Shown: positions 8,287 through 17,668, counted from the stretch's first letter. The stretch is 64,000 bases of DNA from a virus (IMGVR_UViG_3300042973_000027:686-64685); one strand, 5' to 3'. A program made the numbers and translations. The notes: a model not told the origin generated them from the letters alone.

Positions 8287-11200
8287 AGCTTCCCTCCGAA
8301 CGTTTGCTCGACGAATTCGGCGAGCTTGCCTTCCTTAGCGAGTTCGGCAGAGTCTGCCTTCACGAAGTTCGTGTCGCAGTCGCCTCCAACCTCGCCGTTC
8401 GCACCCAAGATGTAGTTCGTCGCTATCTTGTAGATGATCTCGGTCGGCGCGATGCCGAAGACCTGCCTCTCGAGGATGTGGTCGAGGCGCTTGCGGTTAT
8501 CCAGGAAGAGCTCGCGCATCCTCTCGCTGTTGAACAGGCGCTTAATGACTTCGGTGATGTAGAGGCCGCTCTTCATGTAAAGGTCGGCGAAGGTGTGCTC
8601 TGGGTCGTCGAAGCATCCCGGGTTCTCCCGCTCGAACAGGTCGACCATCCTCACGACCACGTTACGAGGCGTGAAGATCTGGTTGGTCTTCTGCGGCGGC
8701 ACGTAGTCGAAGATGTCCTCGTCCTGGCTGTCGTCGAAGTAGTTGGCGAGCTTGCCGCGCAGGTTGATGAACTCGCGCACCGAGTCGTCGAAGACCACGG
8801 GGTCGAAGAGCTGCCCCTCGAAGTGGACCGTCTCGCCTCTCTCGGGGTCGGTGACGTCTCCGCCGTCGCGCAACAGGCGGAACTGCCCTACGGTCACGCT
8901 CGTGACCTCCAGGAACACGTCAGCGGGGATGATCTGGTCGAACTTGGCGAGCGTCGTCTCCTCGTTGCCGTAGGCCATCAGGAACGAGGGGATCGTGCGG
9001 GAGAAGCCGCGCAGGTGGTCGCGGATGCCGCCCTCGATGGTCTGCCTCTTGCTCTCCCTCTTGGCGGTCTCCACCTCGCGAACCACGGTCTCGCCGGCGC
9101 TCTTCACCAGCTCGTCGCGGGAGCCCTTGAGGCTCTCCACGAGGCTCTGCCGCGCGTCCTCGATCTTCTCGTCGTGTGCGCGGTTGATCTCGTCGGCCTC
9201 CTCCTGCGTCTGCGCGAGGTCGAGCTGGCTTGCGCGGTCCTTCTCGATGCGGTTCCTCTCGATGGTGAAGTTGCCCACCTCGCGGTTGAGCCTGATGTCC
9301 ACGTCCGCCTTGATGCGCCGCTCCACCTTCTTCTGCTGCGAGGCGCGGAACTCGTCGCCGTACTTCTCGTTCGCCGCCTCCACGAGGGGCTTGGCGATGC
9401 CGTCCGAGAAGATCGACTGCAGGTTGTCGAGGAACACGTCGTCGGGGTCTCCGCCCTCGTCGACGGTTATGGAGTCGATGGCGTCGTCGAGCTCGTCCGC
9501 GATGGAGCCGTAGACCTTCTCGCCGAACATCCCCTCTGCAAGGCCAATCACCTGGTCCTGCGGGACGTCCACCTCGCCGTTCTCGTCGAGGTCGAGCTCG
9601 TCCGCCGTGTCCTCGCGCACGCCGAGCTCCTTGCTGGGAGCCTTGAAGGGCTCGAGCCTCTGCAGCACGTCAAGCACCTCGGCGGGCGCGCGGAAGACGT
9701 TCGCGATGTTCTGGAAGAGGAAGTCGCTCATGAAGCCGCGGCGCACCACCTCGCGCGAGCGGATCCTGCGTGGGATGGAGAGAACGCGCTCGGCGTCGAG
9801 CTCCACCATCTCGCCGTCCTCGTCCTCGCCGATGACCGGGAAGAAGTTGAGCAGCGTCCTCACGCGCTGCTTGCGGTCGTCTGCGGTGCCGCCGCCCGAG
9901 GCGGTGTCGGTGTAGAGGTCGTTCGCGAACTCCTCGAAGATGGTGAGCGTGCGGGCGGGGTCGAAGTCGAAGACGTAGGCGTTCTCCTTGCGCAGGAACT
10001 TCCCGTCCCTGTTGAACAGGCACGGGTTCTGCGCGCGGAAGGCCGCCTGCATGTAGAGCGCGGGGCTCTTCATGTTGGAGAGCATGAGCACCGCCGTCCA
10101 CTCGGGGACGGTGACGCCGGTGGTGAGCTGGCCCACCGAGAGCGTGATGGTGCGGTCGTGCTCGGCTATGGCCTTGCGCACCTTGTCGAAGGCCTGCGCG
10201 CTCGCCTCGTCGTCGTCCAGCTTGCCGTCGCCGGCGGCGAGCACGATCTCGTAGTCCTTGAACACGGGGTGCTGCCTCAGCTTCTTCGCGAGCGCCTTGG
10301 CGGAGTCCACGCGGTTGAGCATCCAGAACGTGTGGCGCAGCTCGTCCCTGAGCTCGGGGGTGGAGAACGGGAACTTCCTCTGCGTGGTGAGCGCGTCCAG
10401 GAAGCGGTCCACGTCCTCGTTGTGCAGGAAGTGGCCGTTCTCGTTGGTGGCGAAGAACTCGTTCAGGTCGAAGGCGTACTCCACGGTCTCGCCGTCAATG
10501 TCCATGCCGCGGCTGACCTCGTCGGCCACGATGTCGGACATCTGGTAGGTGAACATGCTGAGGCGCGGCAGGTCCGCGTAGGGGTTCGGGAGCTCCGGGT
10601 CGTCCCAGTCCCTCTTGGCCTTCTGCTCGTCGGCGTAGGTCCAGTTGAAGATGGCCTCCTCGGGGAACTTCTCGTTGGCGATGGCCTTGAAGGGCGTGCC
10701 CGAGAGGTGCAACGTGAACTTGCGCCTGACGTGGTCGAAGGCCACGTCGGTCTTGAAGGTGTCCACGCCCTCGTGCGCCTCGTCGATGATGAGGACGTCC
10801 CACTCGAGGTTGGCGACGTGCTCGAGCTTGTCGTACTTGCCGCCGAAGTCGATGGCGCCCTTCAGGTCCTGCAGGCTCACGAACTCGATGAAGCCCTTGG
10901 GGCCACCCCTCTTAAGGCCGTCCAGGTACTGCTCGCGGGTGAGGCAGCACTTCCTGCCCTGGAGTGCGGGAGCAGAGCTGATGAACACGAGCCCGGAGTC
11001 GCGCCCCACGAACTTCTCGTAGTCGTCGTACCAGGAGTTGGCGATGGCGGGGCGGTTGGTGACGATGAGGACCTTCTGCGCGCCGACGCGCTTGCAGAAG
11101 TCGTAGGAGGTGAGGGTCTTGCCGAAGCGTGGCTTGGCGTTCCAAAGGAACTCGCCGCCCTCGTGGCTGCGCGCGTAGCTCGCGGCCTCCTCGGAGGCGC

Positions 11201-11609
11201 GCTCCTGCTCGTCGCGCAGGCGGTACTCGATGGTCGCGGGCGCGTCTGCGACGACGCCGTGGTTCTCGCGGAACTCGTAGAAGCGCACGTGAGCCGGGTC
11301 TGGCTCGATCTCGAACCACTCGGTGCCCGGCTTGTCCCTCACGTCGAGCTTGCGCAGGTAGCCGTGGAAGTCCGTGTCGTGGAAGGTCTCGCCCGTGTCC
11401 TCGAAGGTCGCGTTGCCGTGCCACTCGAGCTTGTACACCACGTCTATCGTGTGCGCCTGCTGCTCGAGGCGCTCCTTGACTTTCTGCTCCGTGTAGCCGA
11501 TCTTGGTCCAGCCGTCGTGGCGGGCGATCTCGGGCGTGGTGTAGGCGTATATCTGCGGCAGCGCCGGGCGCGAGGTCTTGACGAGGTTGCTGATGTCGGT
11601 GAAGGCCAT
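8283..11609 (-). CDS. GIY-YIG-like nuclease + SF2 helicase + C-terminal MTase-like half (restriction subunit)
   Basis: QIYAY..TKIGYT..TEWF; NAKPRFGKT, IIDEAH, SGTP, QAAFRAQ; C-terminal FTPRNVV and FADLYMKSG. Confidence 0.88.
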   Translation of the reverse strand: MAFTDISNLVKTSRPALPQIYAYTTPEIARHDGWTKIGYTEQKVKERLEQQAHTIDVVYKLEWHGNATFEDTGETFHDTDFHGYLRKLDVRDKPGTEWFEIEPDPAHVRFYEFRENHGVVADAPATIEYRLRDEQERASEEAASYARSHEGGEFLWNAKPRFGKTLTSYDFCKRVGAQKVLIVTNRPAIANSWYDDYEKFVGRDSGLVFISSAPALQGRKCCLTREQYLDGLKRGGPKGFIEFVSLQDLKGAIDFGGKYDKLEHVANLEWDVLIIDEAHEGVDTFKTDVAFDHVRRKFTLHLSGTPFKAIANEKFPEEAIFNWTYADEQKAKRDWDDPELPNPYADLPRLSMFTYQMSDIVADEVSRGMDIDGETVEYAFDLNEFFATNENGHFLHNEDVDRFLDALTTQRKFPFSTPELRDELRHTFWMLNRVDSAKALAKKLRQHPVFKDYEIVLAAGDGKLDDDEASAQAFDKVRKAIAEHDRTITLSVGQLTTGVTVPEWTAVLMLSNMKSPALYMQAAFRAQNPCLFNRDGKFLRKENAYVFDFDPARTLTIFEEFANDLYTDTASGGGTADDRKQRVRTLLNFFPVIGEDEDGEMVELDAERVLSIPRRIRSREVVRRGFMSDFLFQNIANVFRAPAEVLDVLQRLEPFKAPSKELGVREDTADELDLDENGEVDVPQDQVIGLAEGMFGEKVYGSIADELDDAIDSITVDEGGDPDDVFLDNLQSIFSDGIAKPLVEAANEKYGDEFRASQQKKVERRIKADVDIRLNREVGNFTIERNRIEKDRASQLDLAQTQEEADEINRAHDEKIEDARQSLVESLKGSRDELVKSAGETVVREVETAKRESKRQTIEGGIRDHLRGFSRTIPSFLMAYGNEETTLAKFDQIIPADVFLEVTSVTVGQFRLLRDGGDVTDPERGETVHFEGQLFDPVVFDDSVREFINLRGKLANYFDDSQDEDIFDYVPPQKTNQIFTPRNVVVRMVDLFERENPGCFDDPEHTFADLYMKSGLYITEVIKRLFNSERMRELFLDNRKRLDHILERQVFGIAPTEIIYKIATNYILGANGEVGGDCDTNFVKADSAELAKEGKLAEFVEQTFGGKL

Positions 11610-11611
11610 GG

Positions 11612-13702
11612 CTAGTCCATCTCCTTCACGTGGGACTCGATGAAACCTATTTCCTCGTCATCAAGGCCGTACTTCGCATAGAGCTGTTGGTCAATCTCGG
11701 AGACGGACTTCGACCAGTCGATGTCCGAGCCACTCGTAAAGTCCTGAAGTGGAATCGTCTTCCATACTTGCGATGGGCTGTGCTGCGTCGCCTTCTTCAC
11801 ACCAAGAAGAGCCCTGAAAAACTTTGTTTTGTAGTAGCGTGCAAGATTACAAGCCTCACCCTCGGTCTTGAAAGGCCCGGCGTTCAGGAATGTATCCGAT
11901 GAGCCAGTATTGGGGCCAACTACCATTGGCTCTGCGAGCGTTTCTCCGTATTTTCCTGAGTTGTTGGCTTCTGGAATCAAGAGCTTGAATCCGTCTATGT
12001 ACTCGTTCTCGCTAATGAACCTCTTTGCGATATAGCGATGTCCTCTCTTGCCATTTATCCGGCCAAAGAACTTATAGGCGTCTGCTTCTGGGCCGTTAGG
12101 CTTGACAGTAAAAATCTCGGGCAGCGTCTCCATTACCTTCGAAACTATTTTGATTCGATTCCCTGGCCCTAGCTTTCTTGAGACGTTTTCGTTCTTAGCG
12201 TTTTCTTGATAGAAGAGGTCCGAGAATTTATAGCAACGCTGCGATGCAAAGATACTGTCTAGGCGCAGCTGTCCGCTTGTCGCATGATTGACTTTCTTCA
12301 ATATCCCGTTGAGTTCCGGATAAATTGCAAAAGTCTCTATTGCCCCAAAATCAGAGGTGGCATCTCTCAGCGTGATTGCGATTCCACCCTTAATGTCTGT
12401 GTTGGGGAAGACTGTTGAAGCATCAGGCTCATATGACAGAACTTTCAAATGTTCGTCATTCAGCATCTTTTCATTCCATGGTTTAGGCGTTTGCCCAGCA
12501 TCGAAAAGAAAACGTCCAGGCGTAACAAGTTCGACTCGGTCACTTACTTGATAAGCTGCGTCCATGAATACGTCGTATATTGGCGGCTTCCGGTCGTTGT
12601 CGTCTTTATCACTCTGGTACGGAGGGTTGCCAATCACCGCATAGAATTTCTTATTCATGGGGCGTGCCTTGCCTTTCATTTCCTGGAACTCGAGGGGCTC
12701 GTTTTCCTGCCAGTCGTATATGACGCAGAGGGGCACCGTCTCGCCGGGCTCCTCTTCCCTTTCTTCTTCTACCGCATCGTCGAAGGGCGGCTCGTCCAGG
12801 AGGTCGAACAGCGTGGGCTGCAGGGGCTCCGGCACGGGCTCCTCGTATCCGAAGAGCGCCGACTGCACGACGGCGTCCATCTTGTTGGTGGGCACCGCGC
12901 AGGTGAAGCCGTTCATCTGCCAGAAGTTCCACGACACGACCCAAGCCGCCTGGTCCAGCTCCTCGTCGGATATGCCCGCACCCCAGCGCTCGCGCAGGTG
13001 CTCGCAGAACGTCTCGAACACGTTGATGCGAGCGAGGAGCAGGTTGTCGCCCTGGTACTCGAAGCCGTAGGAGGCCTTGAGTGCTGCGAGCCCCCAGCGC
13101 ACCCACTCGCGGCGCGACTTGGTCCTTTCGCCCACGACGCGCAGCTTCCGGTCGAGGAAGCCGATGCGCTCCGCCACGGGGAGGGCGTCTCCCGTGACGG
13201 TGTCGTAGCGCGAGCACACGAAGGGAGCCTCGCCGCAAGTTATCTCCAGGCGGGGGCTCTCGACGTAGGCGTGCCAGCCGCAACCCTTCCTCCTGGGGAA
13301 GACGACCGGCTCAGGGCTGGTGCGCCACGCGGTGCCGTCCTCCACGTTGAAGGCGTCCCGCATGCCGAACCAGGCGGCGTCAAGGTCGTTGTTCATACGG
13401 TTCACCAGCCACGACGGCGTGAACACCTCTGCGCGCGTCCTGGTGCGCTGAGACTGGTGCTCCTGCTCCTTGGCGATGCGGGGTTTGATGACGCCGGAGG
13501 AGAGGCCGGTGATCTTCTCGACGGTGATCTCGTCGTCCCCCATGTAGCCGTCGCCGAGAGCCTCGTACTCATTGTCTGCCCAGATGATGTTGCGGCCGGT
13601 GGTGCGGTCGCTGAGGAGGGTCTCCAGGATGCGCGTCGGATAGCGCGAGTCGAAGCTCTCGATGAAACCAGAGCCAGCAGTATGTAGCTCGTCCAGCGCC
13701 AC
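11612..13702 (-). CDS. Eco57I-like N6-adenine DNA methyltransferase with C-terminal TRD
   Basis: FTPSWLV, LEITCGEAPF, VIGNPPY; GTG start 3 nt after RHH stop. Confidence 0.88.
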   Translation of the reverse strand: MALDELHTAGSGFIESFDSRYPTRILETLLSDRTTGRNIIWADNEYEALGDGYMGDDEITVEKITGLSSGVIKPRIAKEQEHQSQRTRTRAEVFTPSWLVNRMNNDLDAAWFGMRDAFNVEDGTAWRTSPEPVVFPRRKGCGWHAYVESPRLEITCGEAPFVCSRYDTVTGDALPVAERIGFLDRKLRVVGERTKSRREWVRWGLAALKASYGFEYQGDNLLLARINVFETFCEHLRERWGAGISDEELDQAAWVVSWNFWQMNGFTCAVPTNKMDAVVQSALFGYEEPVPEPLQPTLFDLLDEPPFDDAVEEEREEEPGETVPLCVIYDWQENEPLEFQEMKGKARPMNKKFYAVIGNPPYQSDKDDNDRKPPIYDVFMDAAYQVSDRVELVTPGRFLFDAGQTPKPWNEKMLNDEHLKVLSYEPDASTVFPNTDIKGGIAITLRDATSDFGAIETFAIYPELNGILKKVNHATSGQLRLDSIFASQRCYKFSDLFYQENAKNENVSRKLGPGNRIKIVSKVMETLPEIFTVKPNGPEADAYKFFGRINGKRGHRYIAKRFISENEYIDGFKLLIPEANNSGKYGETLAEPMVVGPNTGSSDTFLNAGPFKTEGEACNLARYYKTKFFRALLGVKKATQHSPSQVWKTIPLQDFTSGSDIDWSKSVSEIDQQLYAKYGLDDEEIGFIESHVKEMD

Positions 13703-13705
13703 TGG

Positions 13706-13912
13706 CTACTGTCCCTTCTTCGTAAGCTCTTCGATCATGCACATGCGGATGAAGGCACTGAAGCTGATACCCTTGAGGGCGGCTGCCTCCTTGCCTGCGC
13801 CGCGCAGGTTCTCCGGAATTCTGATCGTGATGGCGGCCATGTCGCCGCCTACGAGGAACTCCTGCTTCTCGGTGTCCGTAGCCCCGTTTTCGACGAGGTC
13901 TGAGTACTTCAT
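13706..13912 (-). CDS. Ribbon-helix-helix regulator, 68 aa
   Basis: AAITIRIPENLRGAGKEAAALKGISFSAFIR; first gene of the operon; in the C-terminal part of ORF 13706..15052. Confidence 0.8.
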   Translation of the reverse strand: MKYSDLVENGATDTEKQEFLVGGDMAAITIRIPENLRGAGKEAAALKGISFSAFIRMCMIEELTKKGQ

Positions 13913-13937
13913 CGCCCGGCCTCCGTATGAGTCGGAA

Positions 13938-13965
13938 TGCAATACATTTGCAAGATATTTTATCA
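13938..13965 (-). promoter_or_regulatory. Extended -10 promoter and palindromic operator of the RHH-RM operon
   Basis: Minus-strand TGaTAAAAT (13965-13957) followed by TGCAA-N5-TTGCA (13938-13952). Confidence 0.55.
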
Positions 13966-13967
13966 CC

Positions 13968-14100
13968 GGCTTGCGACAGCAGGCGCAAGCCATCGGCCAA
14001 ATACAGCACGATTTCGTGCTGTTTCGTGGTACAATCCAAACGATAGCAAACGATAGCAAGCTTCCTATGTCGTACGCACAAGGCGCACGCATAGGGCTTG
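13968..14100. other. Candidate oriT and mobC promoter
   Basis: Directly upstream of mobC-relaxase; IRs 13968-13991, 14003-14022, 14057-14100; tandem AAACGATAGC x2 (14038-14057); TGgTACAAT at 14027-14035. Confidence 0.6.
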
Positions 14101-14263
14101 GGTCGGTGGCGGCAATAAACCCTTCGTCAGCGCATGCGTTGCCGTGGGGGCCGTCTTGCGACCGAGCGTCGCGGCCCTCCGGCCGATGACGCTGCGGGGG
14201 ATGCCCCGCGCCCCTGGGAGGCAGGTGCCCTCCGAGCACCTGCCCTGAAGACGAGGAACAACG

Positions 14264-14671
14264 ATGAGCGGACGCTGCGAGCGCGTATATGTGAGGCTCA
14301 CGCCCGGCGAGAAGGACCGGGCGCTCGACTTCGCGTCGCGAAACGGCCTCACCGTCTCGCAGCTCGTTCGCGTGCTCATCCAGCTGCCCGCCGACTGCAC
14401 GGTGGAAGGCGCCCGCACCGCCGTGGTGCTCGACCGCGCCTCCGCAGGCAGGCTCGAGCGCGAGATGCGCCGCTGGGGCAACCACTACAACCAGGCCGTG
14501 CACGCGCTCAACCGCATCGCCTACTACGCCGAGCGCGGCAGCCTCAGGACCGACGAGGCGCAGCGGCTGCTGAGCGTCGCGGCGGGAAAGCTGGAGGATT
14601 TGAACGTCGCCGTCGTGCAGCTGCGCGAGGAGACGCATGGCATCTGCAGCCACGCGATCGTGGGCGTGTAG
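14264..14671 (+). CDS. mobC: Relaxosome accessory protein MobC
   Basis: N-terminal RHH (VYVRLTPGEK); RWGNHYNQAVHALN variant of the GNNLNQ motif. Confidence 0.88.
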   Translation: MSGRCERVYVRLTPGEKDRALDFASRNGLTVSQLVRVLIQLPADCTVEGARTAVVLDRASAGRLEREMRRWGNHYNQAVHALNRIAYYAERGSLRTDEAQRLLSVAAGKLEDLNVAVVQLREETHGICSHAIVGV

Positions 14672-14673
14672 CC

Positions 14674-15930
14674 GTGCCCTACGTGAAGTGCATATCCGGC
14701 CATACGAGCGCCCGTGCCGTGCAGCGCTACCTCGAGAGGGGCGGACGCGCCCTGGCGACCGACTTCCTGAACATCGACGCCCCGGTCTCCGGGGTGAGGA
14801 ATGGCCTCGAGGACCACGGGCGCATCGACTGGTGGCGCGAGATGGACCGCACGCGCGCCGCCTTCGGAAACGATGCCGCCTGGAACGGACACCGCGCGCG
14901 GACGTGGAAGCACTACATACTTTCGCCGAACCCCACAGACGGCATCGAGCTCCCGCGCCTGCGCAGGCTCGCCACCGCGTGGGCCAAGGAGAACTTCGGC
15001 GACTACGAGGTGGCGATCGTCTACCACGACGACAACGAGGGCCGCATCCCACACGCCCACGTCGTCGTCAACAACACGAATCTCGCGACGGGACGGCGCA
15101 TCCAGGAGCCCGACCCGAGGGCGGTGAAGCGCTCGGTGCAGAAGCTCGCGCGCGACATGGGGCTCTCGTGCTTCGAGGACGCGCCCCACCCATCCGCATC
15201 TCGGCGGACACGCGCGGCTAGGCCGCGCCAGCGCGTTCACATAGGGCGCGCGGAGCGTGAGCTCGCCTTCAAGGGAGTGTACTCCTGGGTATCGGACATC
15301 CGCTCGCGCGTGGCCATCGCGCGCATGGTGGCGAGGAGCGAGGGCGAGTTCGAGAGCGTGCTCTCCGCCATGGGCGTCACGGTCTCGGAGAACTCCGCCA
15401 AGGCCGCGCATCGCGACTGGGTCTACGCCCTGGCGGATCAGCCCACGAGAAGGGTCGGCGGGGAGCGCCTCGGCCTGTCGTTCTCCCGCGAGTCGCTGGA
15501 GCGGCGCTTCGCGACTGGGGCTGCGGGTCGGCTTGCCGACGCTACGGAGCGCAGGCTCTACGAGTTTGCCCGCGAGGCATGCGACCTCGGCGACGTGGAG
15601 GAGCTGCGCCGCCTCGCAGACGCCGTGTCCGTGTGCGAGGCGGTGGGGGCGAGGAGCATGGACGACCTCGCCCATGCGATGGGACGCCTGCCCGAGGGCT
15701 TGGATGCCGCAAGGGCTGCGGCGGCCGTGGCCTACGTCTCCGAGAAGGGACTCCTTCCCCGCCACGGCGCACGTGGAGCTCAGAGGCGCGCCCGCGCGCC
15801 AGAAAGGTCCTGGGAGAAGGACCGGCCCGTATGGATGAGGAATAGAGACGGCGACGTGCGGCATCAGGAGCCGCAGGCGCCACGCAAGCAGAGGGAAAAC
15901 CGCGACGGAAGGGGCGGAGATGCTCGTTAA
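14674..15930 (+). CDS. MOBP-type relaxase
   Basis: GTG start after mobC; RYLE tyrosine, KHYILSPNP, YHDDNEGRIPHAHVVVN (HUH). Confidence 0.9.
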   Translation: MPYVKCISGHTSARAVQRYLERGGRALATDFLNIDAPVSGVRNGLEDHGRIDWWREMDRTRAAFGNDAAWNGHRARTWKHYILSPNPTDGIELPRLRRLATAWAKENFGDYEVAIVYHDDNEGRIPHAHVVVNNTNLATGRRIQEPDPRAVKRSVQKLARDMGLSCFEDAPHPSASRRTRAARPRQRVHIGRAERELAFKGVYSWVSDIRSRVAIARMVARSEGEFESVLSAMGVTVSENSAKAAHRDWVYALADQPTRRVGGERLGLSFSRESLERRFATGAAGRLADATERRLYEFAREACDLGDVEELRRLADAVSVCEAVGARSMDDLAHAMGRLPEGLDAARAAAAVAYVSEKGLLPRHGARGAQRRARAPERSWEKDRPVWMRNRDGDVRHQEPQAPRKQRENRDGRGGDAR

Positions 15931-16486
15931 GACCTACTACAGCACAGGGCACCTCGACGTGTTCGATACCGCGACGCTGACGGACACGTCGCCCTTCAAG
16001 GGCAATGTGCTCACGGACTACGCGCTCGAGGTCGCAGATGCGCGAGGCGGCAGGGCGCTCTGGCTCGACCTCTTCTACTACGAGGCGGCTGACGCCTACA
16101 GGGGCGACACGAACCCGCACGGCCTGCCCGTGGCGCGGCGCAGGGACGGATGGTCTTGCGTGCTCGCCGACGAGGAGGACCTGAAGACGCTCATCAAGGT
16201 GAGCGTCGACGGTGAGGACGTCCTTCTGCGCCAGGGGGACGAGTTCGTGGACGCGCTGAGGCTGAAGGCGGCCTCCGACGCGGCATGGCGCACCAACCCG
16301 GCGGCGGTGGCCACGCACGACTACTGCCTCGCGGCGGACGACGAATGCGACCCTTGCGAGGCCATCGGATATTCGGAGAGCGCCTACGAGCGCGTGGCCA
16401 CGATGCAGCGCAGGACTTCAGTTCCTGATGACCGTCAGGAAGACATAGAAGGAGCTGACGATGAGAACCGTTTTGAGGATCGCTAG
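15920..16486 (+). CDS. Hypothetical protein, 188 aa
   Basis: Overlaps relaxase stop; high-GC3 codon usage. Confidence 0.75.
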   Translation: MLVKTYYSTGHLDVFDTATLTDTSPFKGNVLTDYALEVADARGGRALWLDLFYYEAADAYRGDTNPHGLPVARRRDGWSCVLADEEDLKTLIKVSVDGEDVLLRQGDEFVDALRLKAASDAAWRTNPAAVATHDYCLAADDECDPCEAIGYSESAYERVATMQRRTSVPDDRQEDIEGADDENRFEDR

Positions 16487-16568
16487 GTTGTTGTTCAAGG
16501 CCGTGTTCAGGTGGATGTGAGATTGGGACATGGGCGGTAGAATGGAACATGCGAAGATAGGAGGGAAG

Positions 16569-17549
16569 ATGGCGGGAGACATGAGGACGCGAAAGCCGAT
16601 GCTCACGGCGAAACAGTTGGTCGGGCATCTGAAGTCCAGGGGCGTGGCGTTCGAGCTCTGTCCAGAGGCAGACGCGGTGGCGTACCTCTCGGACGCGAAC
16701 AACTACCTCAGGGCGGCGGCCTACAGGAAGCTCTACTTCCGCCAGGTCGACGGCGACAACCCTGGCGACTACGTGAACCTCGACTTTAAGGACCTGGTGG
16801 AGCTCTCCGCGATAGACCGGCGCCTGCGCGAGGCGCTCCTCTCCGCGACCATAGACGTCGAGCACTTCGCCAAGCTGCGCCTGCTGCGCATGTGCGAGGA
16901 GCATAACGAGGACGGCTACGCGATCGTCTCCGACTACCTCGCGTCGATAGGCGAGAAGCAGCGCTCCCGGATCGAGGGCGCGCTTGCTGCCAGGGGCGGC
17001 GAAGGGCGCGCGCACGACGAGTACTCCGGCGACCTCATCGCCCACTATGCCGCCGGGTATCCCATCTGGGTGTTTCTTGAGGTGACCGAGTTCGGCGTGC
17101 TCGTCGACCTCTGGCGCTATTGCGCCGGGAGGTGGAACGAGCAGGAAATGCGAGACGAGCACTACGTCCTCAAGAGCGTCAAGGCTCTCCGAAACGCTTG
17201 CGCGCACAACAGCCTGATCGTGAACGGGTTCTCGAGCAGCGCCAAGAGGGCTGGTTACCAAGCGTCCAGGGCGGTCACGACTTCGCTTGCAGAACACGGC
17301 ATGACGAAGACAAAGTCGAGACGCGCCAAGCTCAGGAACCTCAGGGTCGCTCAGATCGCCGCCACGCTTTACTCGGTGAGGGAATTCTGCACGCGAGAGC
17401 CCACGAGGGAAAGGCACGCGGCCCGCCTCGCAGAGGTAAGGCGCTACGCCGAGGGCTGCGGCGTGCTCTCCCGCGCCAACGACGGGATTGTGTCGTTCTT
17501 CGACTTCATCTGGAGGTTGGTTGACATTTGGCTCTCCGACGGCTCATAA
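16569..17549 (+). CDS. AbiF/AbiD (Abi_2) HEPN-domain protein
   Basis: NNYLRAAAYRK, FKDLVELSAIDRRLR, VEHFAK, PIWVFLE, LRNACAHN (RxxxxH); AGGAGG before ATG 16569. Confidence 0.88.
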   Translation: MAGDMRTRKPMLTAKQLVGHLKSRGVAFELCPEADAVAYLSDANNYLRAAAYRKLYFRQVDGDNPGDYVNLDFKDLVELSAIDRRLREALLSATIDVEHFAKLRLLRMCEEHNEDGYAIVSDYLASIGEKQRSRIEGALAARGGEGRAHDEYSGDLIAHYAAGYPIWVFLEVTEFGVLVDLWRYCAGRWNEQEMRDEHYVLKSVKALRNACAHNSLIVNGFSSSAKRAGYQASRAVTTSLAEHGMTKTKSRRAKLRNLRVAQIAATLYSVREFCTREPTRERHAARLAEVRRYAEGCGVLSRANDGIVSFFDFIWRLVDIWLSDGS

Positions 17550-17550
17550 T
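17521..17550 (+). promoter_or_regulatory. Sigma70-type promoter inside the last codons of abiF
   Basis: TTGACA 17521-17526, 18 bp spacer, CATAAT 17545-17550 overlapping the TAA stop. Confidence 0.75.
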
Positions 17551-17555
17551 ACAGA

Positions 17556-17617
17556 CACATGGAAAACCTTAGGGTTTTGTAAGGGCGGGACCCACTGGGC
17601 CTCGCTCTAGTTTTTTT
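17556..17617 (+). ncRNA. Candidate AbiF antitoxin small RNA (~60 nt)
   Basis: Own promoter; hairpin AAAACC-TTAG-GGTTTT 17563-17578; hairpin 17582-17608; T7 tract 17611-17617; no ORF. Confidence 0.65.
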
Positions 17618-17629
17618 ATGGGGGCAAAT

Positions 17630-17668
17630 AAGGAGTGCGCACCGGAGATTCGCGATGCGCGCTCCTTT
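17630..17668. terminator. Hairpin at the end of the conjugation operon
   Basis: GGAGTGCGCA 17632-17641 / TGCGCGCTCC 17656-17665 with A/T flanks. Confidence 0.55.

Noticed and set aside
8304-11615. 1103-aa plus-strand ORF
   Set aside because: Antisense shadow of the high-GC helicase gene; no motifs or RBS
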